Below, in pieces: positions 37,464 to 46,792 of a stretch of DNA of 64,000 nucleotides. Location: IMG/VR virus record IMGVR_UViG_3300044767_000023, positions 1 to 64,000 of that record; one strand, 5' to 3'. This stretch comes from a virus. Its lineage: Duplodnaviria; Caudoviricetes. The position numbers and the translations under genes were made by a program. A model generated the notes under the pieces. That model was given only the letters and a program-made list of their open reading frames with translations, did not search any database and was not told the DNA's origin. Each line of letters starts with the position of its first letter. Within the stretch, counting starts at the first letter, position 1.

Positions 37464-39059
37464 CTACGCCGCCTGACCCAACGTAGTGGCACCGGCCGTG
37501 ATCTCGGCGTCGTTGCCACGGTTGTACTGCAGACGGAACTGGACGAGCACCGCGAAGATGCGGAGCTGGTTGACCAAGTCCGGCGGGTAAAGCACGTTCA
37601 CGCGGTTGGGATTATTCGGATCACGCTCGACGATGAGGTGGCTCTTGAAGTTGGCCACATCCTCCACCAGACCGTTGAACTCGTCGATGCGATACTGCGC
37701 CACGAGCTCGGCCTTGATCGACTTCGGTGTGACGATCGCCTGCCCTACGCCGAACCTCGTCCCATCGTTCGCCAGCTTATGGCGGGGGAACTTGCTGGTA
37801 ATGGCGTGGCGCTGGTTCCGAATGAGTCGGGCCAGCGTGGCCATCGTGGTGACCAGCTCATACGCATCATCACTCTGGGAGTAGAGATTGAGTTGGTAGG
37901 TCGTGGTTTCCCGCAGGATCATCGGGAAGTTATCGCTGCCGCATTTCTGCGTCGCCAGACCATTGCCGCTGATAGAGTTTAGCTCCATCAGGTTGAACCG
38001 GAAATCTCCCGGAGCCGGCAGGACCAAGTTGAGCGACAGGGTTTGCAGCGGCCGGGCGGGATCGTTGGTAAGCGCCCGCGCTGCTTTCGCCGCATAGGCC
38101 GAACACCACTCATATATTGGCGTCGGCGACATATCCTCTACCGCCATCACCGAGGTCAGTCCGCTGTTGCGGGTTGCTCCCCAGATAATGAGGTCGGCAT
38201 AGTTGTCGCGGCGGGCAGTGAAGATGTGGCCATAAAGCTGACGCATCCAGCCCCATCTTCCAGTATCGCTAAAGCCATACTCCTGCTCCCAAGCCAGCAG
38301 GCTGGTGGAGTCGGTATAGGGCATCGCGACGTACTCAAACTCACGCTCGCCGAGGTTGGCGATAGCGTCATCGAAGTTGGGGATGCCAGCGCCGCCGGTA
38401 AGCCGTCCGAACACGTTGGAGGGCGGGGACTCGCCGGAGCCGGAGAAGGTAAGCAGCAGGCCGATAGGAGTTTCCTCACCACCGATCTTGCCGTAGTAGT
38501 TCAGGAACATTCCGATGTCGTTGCCGTTATGGCCCGGCGTCTTGCAGCTTACCGTGACCCGGTTCGTAGCCGAGGTTGCGGTCACCGGGAGGAACGGCGT
38601 CTCGTTGATCTCGGCCGCGATCTGGGTGGCGATCTCGTCCGGGGTATCGCTGGCGCCAATGGTCACCGCGATCTTATGACCGGCAACATAGAGATTGATC
38701 ACACCGGCCTCGAACATCGGCGGCGATTGGGTGCCGGCAACGTCGATGGTCCCGCTAGCGGCGGTGGAACCTTCATCCGGATCGACGCCCAGGCCCCACA
38801 CTTCGTGTGCGAAGTTGTTGGCGAAGAAGGCCTTGAACATGCAGCTGATCTCCGAGCCTTGACCATAGGCCCGATCGACTTGCGCTTGCGTGCCCATCGG
38901 CCGCGGAATGTCGGGCGGCTGCAGGCCACTCGCCATCTTGGCGCCAACGACGAGCGCCGGCTGGCGGACAATCGGCAAGCCCGCCTGACTTGGATCGACC
39001 TCCGCCCAGTAGAGCGGGATGCGCCACTGAGCGGGAATGCTATTAAACGAAATCGGCAT
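37464..39059 (-). CDS. Tail sheath protein (Mu gpL-like)
   Basis: ISFNSIP..PLYWAEVD, DPARPLQTL, KFPRHKLANDG, RVNVLYPPDLVNQLRIFA. Confidence 0.95.
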   Translation of the reverse strand: MPISFNSIPAQWRIPLYWAEVDPSQAGLPIVRQPALVVGAKMASGLQPPDIPRPMGTQAQVDRAYGQGSEISCMFKAFFANNFAHEVWGLGVDPDEGSTAASGTIDVAGTQSPPMFEAGVINLYVAGHKIAVTIGASDTPDEIATQIAAEINETPFLPVTATSATNRVTVSCKTPGHNGNDIGMFLNYYGKIGGEETPIGLLLTFSGSGESPPSNVFGRLTGGAGIPNFDDAIANLGEREFEYVAMPYTDSTSLLAWEQEYGFSDTGRWGWMRQLYGHIFTARRDNYADLIIWGATRNSGLTSVMAVEDMSPTPIYEWCSAYAAKAARALTNDPARPLQTLSLNLVLPAPGDFRFNLMELNSISGNGLATQKCGSDNFPMILRETTTYQLNLYSQSDDAYELVTTMATLARLIRNQRHAITSKFPRHKLANDGTRFGVGQAIVTPKSIKAELVAQYRIDEFNGLVEDVANFKSHLIVERDPNNPNRVNVLYPPDLVNQLRIFAVLVQFRLQYNRGNDAEITAGATTLGQAA

Positions 39060-39285
39060 AGCAGGCCTCCTTCATGGATGGGGATTTAGGTTGCTGCCGC
39101 GTCGTCTTTTTAGCTGCCTGCTCGGCGGCGTCTCGCATGGCTGCATCTTGCTCGAGTAGTCTTTCCGCATAGTCCCAGCCGTGAACTCGCACCAGTTCTG
39201 CCAGTAGTTGGTCAGTCTTAGAATAATCATCGGGCCACCACACGCGCGGCCGGCCGTCGTAGTCGTGTGAGTCTGAGTAGTTCAT
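39043..39285 (-). CDS. Hypothetical protein
   Basis: 80 aa, overlaps sheath start. Confidence 0.45.
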   Translation of the reverse strand: MNYSDSHDYDGRPRVWWPDDYSKTDQLLAELVRVHGWDYAERLLEQDAAMRDAAEQAAKKTTRQQPKSPSMKEACYADFV

Positions 39286-39404
39286 TTGAACACCAGGAGA
39301 CGCTGACGGTCCTTACACCCCAAGAGGAAGAGGAGCTTGGCTGCAAGTTCTCCGCCAGCGCCCTCGACGCGATGATGCCCTGGCTAAAGGCTTTCGCGCA
39401 GAGA

Positions 39405-39521
39405 TTAGAATGTGTGCAAAATCATTCCGATGCCGAACAAGGCCATCATCAGAATGGCGCCGGTAACGAAGCCGTACAGCCAAGCGATGACGATCTCTTG
39501 TTCGCGTGGAAGGGGTCTCAT
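39405..39521 (-). CDS. Possible 38-aa single-TM peptide
   Basis: MRPLPREQEIVIAWLYGFVTGAILMMALFGIGMILHTF. Confidence 0.35.
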   Translation of the reverse strand: MRPLPREQEIVIAWLYGFVTGAILMMALFGIGMILHTF

Positions 39522-39620
39522 GGGTACGGGAGCAGCTGGGAAATTAGGGGACCCACAATCAACCTCCGCGTGGTAGCCAAGTCAATTGCAGACTAATCCC
39601 CCAGCCCTCCGCGCACCTCC

Positions 39621-39953
39621 TTAAGCCTCGGGTGCGTCACCATCCAGAGGCTTCGGTGGCTCCAGGTCCAGGTCGTCCCCGTTAGGCTCGGTCGAGACCG
39701 GCCATTGATCGGGGGCTTCCGTCAACACCGTACCGTCTTTGATGCGGCGCTTGGTAAATTGGTCGAACGGCCACTCCACGCTGTCGTAGATAGTGGCGCG
39801 AAACTTGATGTTGCCGAGCGGATGCCGAATGTACTTGCGGATCTCCTCGGCGGTATAGCTTCGAGTCTTTCCCGGCCATACCCGAATGCGGCCAATCTGG
39901 AAGCGGTCCGAGCCTTCCTCATAGCCGGTCATATTGTTGACGATGATTTCCAT
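39621..39953 (-). CDS. DUF2635 / Mu gp38-like protein
   Basis: IRHP..EWPFDQFTKRRIKDGTV; upstream of sheath; GGAG SD. Confidence 0.65.
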   Translation of the reverse strand: MEIIVNNMTGYEEGSDRFQIGRIRVWPGKTRSYTAEEIRKYIRHPLGNIKFRATIYDSVEWPFDQFTKRRIKDGTVLTEAPDQWPVSTEPNGDDLDLEPPKPLDGDAPEA

Positions 39954-39963
39954 GCACCTCTCC

Positions 39964-40635
39964 TTATGGCGGCGGTTCGTCGCCGGAAGCAAATAACGGC
40001 CACTGGAAGTCGCGGTCTTGGTCGGTCCTTGCAAAGCGGTCGGGCGAGTCGCCGGAATCTCCGGTCTGCAAGTTGATCGGGACCAATACCTGCTGTGTAC
40101 TCTCGTAGGCCTCGAGGCTGGGATAAGCCGTCTCCAGCACAATGAGATCGAGGTTGTCGTAGATGTTGGGCGGGTAGTCGTACTTGGTGATGAAGCTGAA
40201 CTCGCAGCGCAGCTCGCCAATCGGCGTCTCATTACCGGAGCCGATAGAGCCGAACACATATTGCCGGCGAACCTTGGGAATGCTCTCGATGTCGTATTGG
40301 CCAACCGGCGGAAAGCCGATGAAGGTAGGGTCCTGCAGCAGGCCGATCATGATGACGTCAAAGGCAGTATCAAGCGCATTCTCGAGTTCGTCGGCCTGGA
40401 CGTTTCGCAGGATGACGCTGATGCCGATCATCGACTCGGACTTGAGCCTAGGCTCGCCGGCATTGCCATCGCCGTCGGCGGTCTGCACTTCCGGCAGAAC
40501 ATAGATGCCGCAGTAGGGCAAGTCCGCCGGCTGGACCTGATAGGACTGCGCCATGCGGAAGGTGAACTTGGCGAAGAACGGAAACAGCTTCAGCCGTTCC
40601 ACCATCCCGATCTGGATTTTGCGAATAGCGCTCAT
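39964..40635 (-). CDS. Putative tail terminator/completion protein
   Basis: Position; LPYCGIYVLPE..IGISV..LDTAFD pattern. Confidence 0.65.
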   Translation of the reverse strand: MSAIRKIQIGMVERLKLFPFFAKFTFRMAQSYQVQPADLPYCGIYVLPEVQTADGDGNAGEPRLKSESMIGISVILRNVQADELENALDTAFDVIMIGLLQDPTFIGFPPVGQYDIESIPKVRRQYVFGSIGSGNETPIGELRCEFSFITKYDYPPNIYDNLDLIVLETAYPSLEAYESTQQVLVPINLQTGDSGDSPDRFARTDQDRDFQWPLFASGDEPPP

Positions 40636-41003
40636 GGATTAGAAAGCCGCGGTTCGTCGATCTGGGCGAGACGGAGCGCGAGGCGGGCGCGGCCATCGTG
40701 GAAGACGTCGATGTCGAGGACTTCGAACGGACCAATCGCCGGCATCGACATATGCGCCGGAATGAATATCCAGTCCCGCACATCGGGCGGGATGGGGTAC
40801 TCGCTCAAACGGATATCGAGGCCGGTGCGCTGGTCGGAGAACACCACGTTGGCTTCGGTAGCGACATCAATCGGCGTGGTGACGTAGACGCCGCGACCGC
40901 GGTACATCGACTTGCCGGGCTGCGAGCCATAGGGCGTGATCTCGACTGGGCGGGAGAACTGGTTCTGCACATAGAGCAGGACCGTGGCGTTGTAGTCGAG
41001 CAT
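40632..41003 (-). CDS. Putative head-tail joining protein
   Basis: 123 aa; LDIRLSEY..FEVLD..DG. Confidence 0.65.
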   Translation of the reverse strand: MLDYNATVLLYVQNQFSRPVEITPYGSQPGKSMYRGRGVYVTTPIDVATEANVVFSDQRTGLDIRLSEYPIPPDVRDWIFIPAHMSMPAIGPFEVLDIDVFHDGRARLALRLAQIDEPRLSNP

Positions 41004-41488
41004 TACAATACACTCATCACGATGTTGACAAAGCGGGCAGCTTTCTCTTCCGCGATCTGGCGCAGGTGCAAGGTCGATTGGATGGTGGTGCGGGGGACGC
41101 CGATGAAAGCCACCTTGCGCGTCACCGCGTTGATCAGCACGTTGGAGCCTTTAGGCCGGATCAGCTTGCCGGGATATCTGCGCGCCCGCATATGGCCGAA
41201 GATGTTGCCGGGAGCTGGGATCCAAAGCATCGGGTTGCCAACCGCGGTGGCGCCGTACTCCCAGGCCCGTATCCAGTTCGGCCGCGGGAATACATTGACG
41301 TCCCAACCGCGATCGCCCTTCGGCCTTACCCGCACCCGTGTCTGCTTGGCGAAGCGCTGCATTCCACCGGCGGCAATGTCGGCGCGCTCGGCCGCTTCCA
41401 AGTCCTGGGCGAAAGCATCGACGGCTTCGCGCGTGACTTTGGCGAAGTCGTGGACCGCGAGCTTGGTGTTGACGTGCAGGTCGCTCAC
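41003..41488 (-). CDS. Neck protein (HK97 gp10-like)
   Basis: GTGA coupling; basic; AWEYGAT..LWIP. Confidence 0.6.
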   Translation of the reverse strand: MSDLHVNTKLAVHDFAKVTREAVDAFAQDLEAAERADIAAGGMQRFAKQTRVRVRPKGDRGWDVNVFPRPNWIRAWEYGATAVGNPMLWIPAPGNIFGHMRARRYPGKLIRPKGSNVLINAVTRKVAFIGVPRTTIQSTLHLRQIAEEKAARFVNIVMSVL

Positions 41489-42105
41489 GCGATGTACAGC
41501 CGCTTGAAGGGGGCGATCAGCGCACTCGCTTGCGGCGAGAGGGGCGAAGCTTTGGTTGGTGCCCCAGTCCGGCTCATGCCGGGAGGCGGAAAGAAACGGA
41601 TCGAGCCGGTGGCGTTGTCGGTAATGCTCTGCACCGACGGATCGCGCGAGCCGAGGTAGTAAGTCTGGCGGATCAAGTCGATGCACGCCATCGACAATGG
41701 ACCGGGCGCATTCTCCGGCAGCTCGTAGCCGCCGCTGTACACAATTGTATTCTTGCCAATCAGAGGACCATGGAGGACGCCGCCACCGGCATCGAGGGTG
41801 TAGGTATCCTCGGTGACAATGTTGTCGCCGTTGGTAATGCTCTCGATCTCGACGACCGGATAGCGATTGAGAAGCAAGCCGCCCTCGGCGCTGCCATACA
41901 GCACCGTCGTCTCGGATACTTTCTCGAGCGCAAATACCCGATCGCAGATATCGGCGATGACGCGCGAAGCAAATGCGATCAGTTCGGTTAGCCGGGCATC
42001 GTCATTGTCAGTCTGGACGTTGAGGAAGGACTTGACCTCTTCCAGCGTGACGAGGTTGAAGTCGTCGGCCGCCTCTAGCACTTCGATTTTAGGAGTGAGC
42101 TGCAT
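41485..42105 (-). CDS. Head-tail connector (gp6-like)
   Basis: LVTLEEVKSFL..DDARLTELI, LNRYPV, IVYSGGY, LIAPFKR. Confidence 0.85.
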   Translation of the reverse strand: MQLTPKIEVLEAADDFNLVTLEEVKSFLNVQTDNDDARLTELIAFASRVIADICDRVFALEKVSETTVLYGSAEGGLLLNRYPVVEIESITNGDNIVTEDTYTLDAGGGVLHGPLIGKNTIVYSGGYELPENAPGPLSMACIDLIRQTYYLGSRDPSVQSITDNATGSIRFFPPPGMSRTGAPTKASPLSPQASALIAPFKRLYIA

Positions 42106-42865
42106 GTTCTACTCGCGTGAGAAAGCGATAAGCCGTCCCGTCCCGCATCTCGCTAGCGGTGAACTGCTGGCACGCCAACGAACGGCACCACTCAATCCGT
42201 TCCGGCCGTGCCGGCTGTTCCAAGTCCAGCAGATCAAGGTTGCCGACCGGGGCCGCCATCGAAAGCGTGGACACAAAAACCGGAATGCCAGCGCAGACCG
42301 CATCGACCGCGATATTGGAGCTATGCGTCACCACCGCCCAGCAATCCTGCAAGTCCAATGCCAGCGGGACTTCAGACTTGCGCTCGCGGATGCGGATCGG
42401 ACGCTCGGTCAGCTTCCGCAACCTAGCTTCCGTCTCCTGGATCCAGTACGGCATGCTCAGTCCGATCCCACTCCCGTACTCCAAGCCAGGAAGAGCTAGC
42501 AAGATGTGTCGCCCGGATCGTCGCCACGGCTTCAGTGTGACCTGCAACGCGTCGAACCTCTCCCGCGGACTTTCGGGCAGGAAGCGTGCGGACATTCCGT
42601 TCATCGCGAACCGGTAGAAGCCGTGCGGGTTGCCGCGGCCGGGATGCCAAAAGCCGTTGTCGATATGCCAAAACTCCCTCCTCGTCAGGCAGGCCCGCTG
42701 CAGGATTTTCTCACTGCCCCAGACTTGCCCGTAGCACGCCACCGGATTAGCGTCGTCCGGCGGTTCGCCGTAGATGCACTTGGCTCCCGGCCACCCGGCG
42801 GCCAGGCTGTGCATAATCATTTCGAACTTCGCGCGCCGCTCCGGTAGGATGGGGCACCATAGCAT
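42089..42865 (-). CDS. Putative GT-B glycosyltransferase (capsule-biosynthesis-like C-terminus)
   Basis: WHIDNGF, LKPWRRSG, DCWAVVTHSSNIAVDAVCAGIPVF. Confidence 0.6.
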   Translation of the reverse strand: MLWCPILPERRAKFEMIMHSLAAGWPGAKCIYGEPPDDANPVACYGQVWGSEKILQRACLTRREFWHIDNGFWHPGRGNPHGFYRFAMNGMSARFLPESPRERFDALQVTLKPWRRSGRHILLALPGLEYGSGIGLSMPYWIQETEARLRKLTERPIRIRERKSEVPLALDLQDCWAVVTHSSNIAVDAVCAGIPVFVSTLSMAAPVGNLDLLDLEQPARPERIEWCRSLACQQFTASEMRDGTAYRFLTRVEHAAHS

Positions 42866-42869
42866 TTGG

Positions 42870-43520
42870 CTACCACTTTACGATGTAGTCGCCCGACATC
42901 TCTTCGACGATCTTGGCGCCCCACTTCTGCAACAGCTTGAGCGCGGCGAAGCGCTCCACGCCATAACGCTCGGCGAGTCCCTTCGGCTTCTGCTCGATGA
43001 CGATGACCGGGTGGTCGCGGCAAATAACGAGCTCGCCGCCCTGCACCACGAACAGCTCGAAGCCCTCGACATCAAGCTTGATGAAGCCAATGTGCTTGAA
43101 GTGGAAGTCGTCCAGCTGGCGGATCATAACCTTGCCGGACTTATCGTTGCGGATAATGTGAGTGCCGCCGGAGCTGCCACGCTCCAAGGCTAGGTTGCCC
43201 CAACCCGATTGGTCCCCAAGCGCGATGCGGAATAGCTCGACATTAGCGCCCGGTACATTCTTAGCAAAGCACTGGCAAAGCTCGGGATCAGGTTCGAATG
43301 CGTACAGCTTGCTGAAGCGCTTGGCGAGATGCATCGACCACAGACCGACATGGGCGCCAATATCAATGGCGGTTTGCCACTCCTTCACATGCCGCATCGC
43401 CTTATCGAGCTTGTGGTACTGGTAGGTCAGCTTGCCATCAACGGCAAGATTGACCTGCTGCATATGCTGCACCAGATGCTCTTCCCTATCCGGCAACCAA
43501 ATCCCGCCTACTTCCTTCAC
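42870..43520 (-). CDS. FkbM-family SAM methyltransferase
   Basis: IDIGAHVGLWS, YAFEP, FIKLDVEGFE, PVIVIE; GTG start. Confidence 0.92.
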   Translation of the reverse strand: MKEVGGIWLPDREEHLVQHMQQVNLAVDGKLTYQYHKLDKAMRHVKEWQTAIDIGAHVGLWSMHLAKRFSKLYAFEPDPELCQCFAKNVPGANVELFRIALGDQSGWGNLALERGSSGGTHIIRNDKSGKVMIRQLDDFHFKHIGFIKLDVEGFELFVVQGGELVICRDHPVIVIEQKPKGLAERYGVERFAALKLLQKWGAKIVEEMSGDYIVKW

Positions 43521-44223
43521 GGCTAGTCTCTTCGAAATGTTGCAGCAGAGTAGGCAGGTGATCCGGCTCCCAGACCAGTCTCTGGTTTGACTGCGACCAC
43601 GGAAACTGGCGGCCGAACTTGATGCCGGCATTGCCAAAGGCCCCGGCGCAGCGGTCGCAAGCAAACAGAGTGACTGGATAGGTGGAAAGGAAGTTGAGAA
43701 ACAACGGCCCGTTGGGCACGCCGTAGTTCATCCTGGCGCCAGCGTAGTAAGCCATGCGCTCGTGCAGAGGGATCGGTTCGACCGCGTAATCTTCGAACAC
43801 CCGCGCCCCGATTATCCTAGCGAACTCCCGCCATGCCGCGAGGTTGGAGTTGCGCTCAGGAATGCGCGGCTCTTGTCGCAGCGTCACCGTGTACTCGACC
43901 AGCTGGGGAGCCTGCACGCTACACAAGCGCGGGAAGTCTAAACCGAGGCGGTAGCGGGCAACGAGATGGCGCAGATGCGGATGGCCGATGCGCTCGCCGC
44001 CAAAGCCGTAGTAACAATCCATCCGCAGGAAGGCGGGGCCGGGTTCGATGATGGAGTGGAAGCGCTCCAGCACTTGCGGTTTTGGCCACTTGCCGCACTT
44101 GGGATTATCGAGGCCGTCGAAGACAAATCCGCGATAGCCCCGCGCGGCGGCGATCACGGCTACATTGTAGAAGTCGAAGCTGCAGATATCATGCCGCAGA
44201 TCATAGCGCGCAAACTTCGTCAT
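43486..44223 (-). CDS. Hypothetical, probable glycan-modifying enzyme
   Basis: VTLR..ERNSNLAAW, ERMAYYAGARMNYGVPNGP; embedded among GT genes. Confidence 0.55.
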   Translation of the reverse strand: MTKFARYDLRHDICSFDFYNVAVIAAARGYRGFVFDGLDNPKCGKWPKPQVLERFHSIIEPGPAFLRMDCYYGFGGERIGHPHLRHLVARYRLGLDFPRLCSVQAPQLVEYTVTLRQEPRIPERNSNLAAWREFARIIGARVFEDYAVEPIPLHERMAYYAGARMNYGVPNGPLFLNFLSTYPVTLFACDRCAGAFGNAGIKFGRQFPWSQSNQRLVWEPDHLPTLLQHFEETSREGSRRDLVAG

Positions 44224-45016
44224 ATTTTATCTGCTGGTAGGCATGGGCCATAACCTCGTCGGTCGTGATCTTCCGCATCGCCAGCTTGCAATGCGTACAG
44301 TGGTCGAGCGCTCCGCAGGCCTCGACGCCGCCGGTGAGATTGACATGGAAGTCATAACCGGTAATCGCGGGCGGGACGAAGCCACCGAATAGAACGATGG
44401 CCGGGACATTGAGCGCAGCAGCGGCGTGGTGCAGACCGCCCTCGGGTCCGATGAACAGGCGCGCTCGCGCTAAGTAGGCCATCGCTTGCCGGATATTGGT
44501 CGAGGTCAGGTAGCGAACGCCGCGCAGCTTGGTATGCATTCCTTGGTAAACCAGCTGCACGACATCAAGCTCGCGGGCCTTGAGCCGGTCGGCCACTTCC
44601 TGATAACCATGCCACATCTTATTCCATGACGAGCGCTTCCACATCGGGACGTTGGGCTCAATCAAGATGAAGTTGCTACCGGCATCAATCTCCGCGCGCT
44701 TCTGCTCGGCTGGCGTTAGGAACAGCTCGCCGGGAATAGCCTTGAAATCGTAATTCCAAATCCAGCGGGTCTTGGCGTGGTCGAGCTTGTTGTAAAGCCG
44801 ATTGCCGGGGTAGTGTTCGATCCACTTGAAGACCGGCTGGAAGGCGCGCAGCTCATCGCCGGGACGGGCGACGTTCTGGTTATGGTAGAAAATCGGGTAG
44901 GCGTGCTTTGACCAAAGGATGCGGCCGCTGTGCCCAAAGGCTATTCGGTGTCCAATGAGTTTGGCTTCACGGGCTAGTCCGCTGCCCATGAGTTCATCTC
45001 CGAACCCCACTCTCAT
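44201..45016 (-). CDS. GT9 (heptosyltransferase-like) glycosyltransferase
   Basis: GFGDELM, NKMW, FIGPEGGLHHAAAALNVPAIVLFG, C..C..AM..IT. Confidence 0.85.
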   Translation of the reverse strand: MRVGFGDELMGSGLAREAKLIGHRIAFGHSGRILWSKHAYPIFYHNQNVARPGDELRAFQPVFKWIEHYPGNRLYNKLDHAKTRWIWNYDFKAIPGELFLTPAEQKRAEIDAGSNFILIEPNVPMWKRSSWNKMWHGYQEVADRLKARELDVVQLVYQGMHTKLRGVRYLTSTNIRQAMAYLARARLFIGPEGGLHHAAAALNVPAIVLFGGFVPPAITGYDFHVNLTGGVEACGALDHCTHCKLAMRKITTDEVMAHAYQQIKYDEVCAL

Positions 45017-45161
45017 CTCCCAGCTGTTGGATATCTTCGAGGACTAGGTGCAGCAGATAGATGAGCGCGCCGACCGGCTGGCCTTGCTGGTACTTGCGCT
45101 CAATCTCATCCAGAAAAGAGTTGGCCTGCCGGAACAATTCAGAAGCGGCCGTAGTCTCCAA
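44994..45161 (-). CDS. Small hypothetical filling the gap between GT genes
   Basis: Possible TTG start; overlaps both neighbours. Confidence 0.4.
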   Translation of the reverse strand: METTAASELFRQANSFLDEIERKYQQGQPVGALIYLLHLVLEDIQQLGDESGVRR

Positions 45162-45948
45162 AGGCGCCTTCCGGGTTGCGATAGTTGTCGATCTTGTACC
45201 CGGCTTCATCAGCTTCAACCAAAAGTTTGTCGAAGAAGGCTAGCGCATCCTTGCGGGCGTGATCGTGGATCGGCTCTTGCCGGTTGAACTCGTACCAATG
45301 CTTGCGGCCTTCCTTCTTCAACCGTGGCAAGGCATGGCGCAAATGCGGCTGGGTGGCGACCTTGGTGAAGTGCAGGATTTTGATTTCCGGGTCGTCCACC
45401 TTAACGTACTCGCCGCCGCGGTCGCGCTTGAGATCGAGGCAGTTCCAGTTGCCGCTCACTTTCTGGATCAGCCCGGCTTGGCCGAGGCAGCGATAGCGCA
45501 CCTGCCGGTAAAGCCCGGGCTGGGTCTTGATCTGCTCTACTGGCGGTAGCGCTTTCTGCATCGCCGGATTGTTGTACATCGTGACGCAGATGTCCGGGAC
45601 TTTCGCCAGCATCCCAGCCTCATCCTTGATTTCTTGGTTCCATAGCTCGGCGATGTCCGCCATCGCGATCATGTCAACGTCGAGGTAGATCGCCTTGCCT
45701 TGGAAGTGGCAGAATGCCGGGACGCCCCACCGCAACGGCGAGAACGGGGTGTGCCAAGTCCGGGTGTTCCAGCCTTTGCGGGCTTGTGGGTCCGAGTACC
45801 AGAACGACTCGGGGTTGCGGGACAATCTTATCCAATTGATTTCCAGCGGCTGGCTGGTCTTGCGTTCGAGCGAGTAGTGCAGCACCGATTGAAACTCGAG
45901 GTCTTCGTCATTCGCCCCCACGCCAATAAAAATCCGCACCGGATCCAT
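45139..45948 (-). CDS. GT8-like (GT-A fold) glycosyltransferase
   Basis: RIFIG, TPFSPLRW, AIYLDVDM (DxD), WNCLD, ILHFT..QP. Confidence 0.85.
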   Translation of the reverse strand: MDPVRIFIGVGANDEDLEFQSVLHYSLERKTSQPLEINWIRLSRNPESFWYSDPQARKGWNTRTWHTPFSPLRWGVPAFCHFQGKAIYLDVDMIAMADIAELWNQEIKDEAGMLAKVPDICVTMYNNPAMQKALPPVEQIKTQPGLYRQVRYRCLGQAGLIQKVSGNWNCLDLKRDRGGEYVKVDDPEIKILHFTKVATQPHLRHALPRLKKEGRKHWYEFNRQEPIHDHARKDALAFFDKLLVEADEAGYKIDNYRNPEGAFGDYGRF

Positions 45949-46069
45949 AGGCCGCTCCTGTTCAAGAACCGAGACGAAGTGCGATACCAAAGAAACAGGA
46001 TGGTGCGATCGCTGTTCCTAATTGCACGCCGCCCCGGCTCAGGATCATCCCAACCCGGGAAAGGAGGAG

Positions 46070-46792
46070 TCAGGACAATTCCAAAACCTTTTCCAGAGGC
46101 ATCTTCGGATAAGCCACCAACTCACTAACCATCGAGCAATTGACGACCTCAATCCGAAGCTGCGCTAGCTTGCGAGCGGCACCATCAACCGCCTTGCGCC
46201 AGCGTGGAATGTTTGCGGCGGCATCAGGATTGGAAAGCGGGAACGGATGGCGGGGATGCCAGTGCCCGCCATAGTCCACCCGCATATCGTAGCCGATCAG
46301 GATGACTTTCTTGACGCCGAACTGCACCACCAAGTTCAAGGCCTGGAAGCCGGAATTGCCGCCCGCTCCTAACAAGCCTGGAGGCTCGGTGATGAGCTCG
46401 TTGCCGAACCGGATAACCTCGACTCGCTTGAGCTCGGGAAACTTCGCCACCACGGTACGCTCGTGGACGACCTTAAGGCCGTGGAAGTCCGGCACACCTT
46501 TGTATAGCTCCCACCATTTGCCATCGCAGGCATACAGCAGGTCGGCCCACGGCACCAGCTGAAAGCTGGTATTGATCGCGACCACCTTTATGTCGCGGCG
46601 GGCCTGCAGCAGCTCGAACTTTTCCCGCACCGCGCTGGGGCCGGAAGCCACGATGGCGCAGGTGGCTCCGGTCCAGTCCGGGAACCAATCAGGCTTCGGG
46701 GTGCCGCCCAAAGTCGGGCTTGGGTGGCTGGGCCGGTGCTCCTTCGGGTCCGCGCTCGCCGCGGGCGCCGTCTTTACCATCGCGTCCATCAC
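46070..46792 (-). CDS. DUF115/Maf-like (sialyltransferase-like fold) protein
   Basis: [43 protein letters not shown]. Confidence 0.7.
   Translation of the reverse strand: MMDAMVKTAPAASADPKEHRPSHPSPTLGGTPKPDWFPDWTGATCAIVASGPSAVREKFELLQARRDIKVVAINTSFQLVPWADLLYACDGKWWELYKGVPDFHGLKVVHERTVVAKFPELKRVEVIRFGNELITEPPGLLGAGGNSGFQALNLVVQFGVKKVILIGYDMRVDYGGHWHPRHPFPLSNPDAAANIPRWRKAVDGAARKLAQLRIEVVNCSMVSELVAYPKMPLEKVLELS

Noticed and set aside
39267-39596. Plus-strand 109-aa ORF inside the late operon
   Set aside because: No SD or recognisable motif, against operon direction, and overlaps a plausible minus-strand TM peptide; the region is unresolved
21502-42105. Tailocin / extracellular contractile injection system / GTA
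   Set aside because: Complete head, portal, terminase and early/replication genes are present, so it is a bona fide phage
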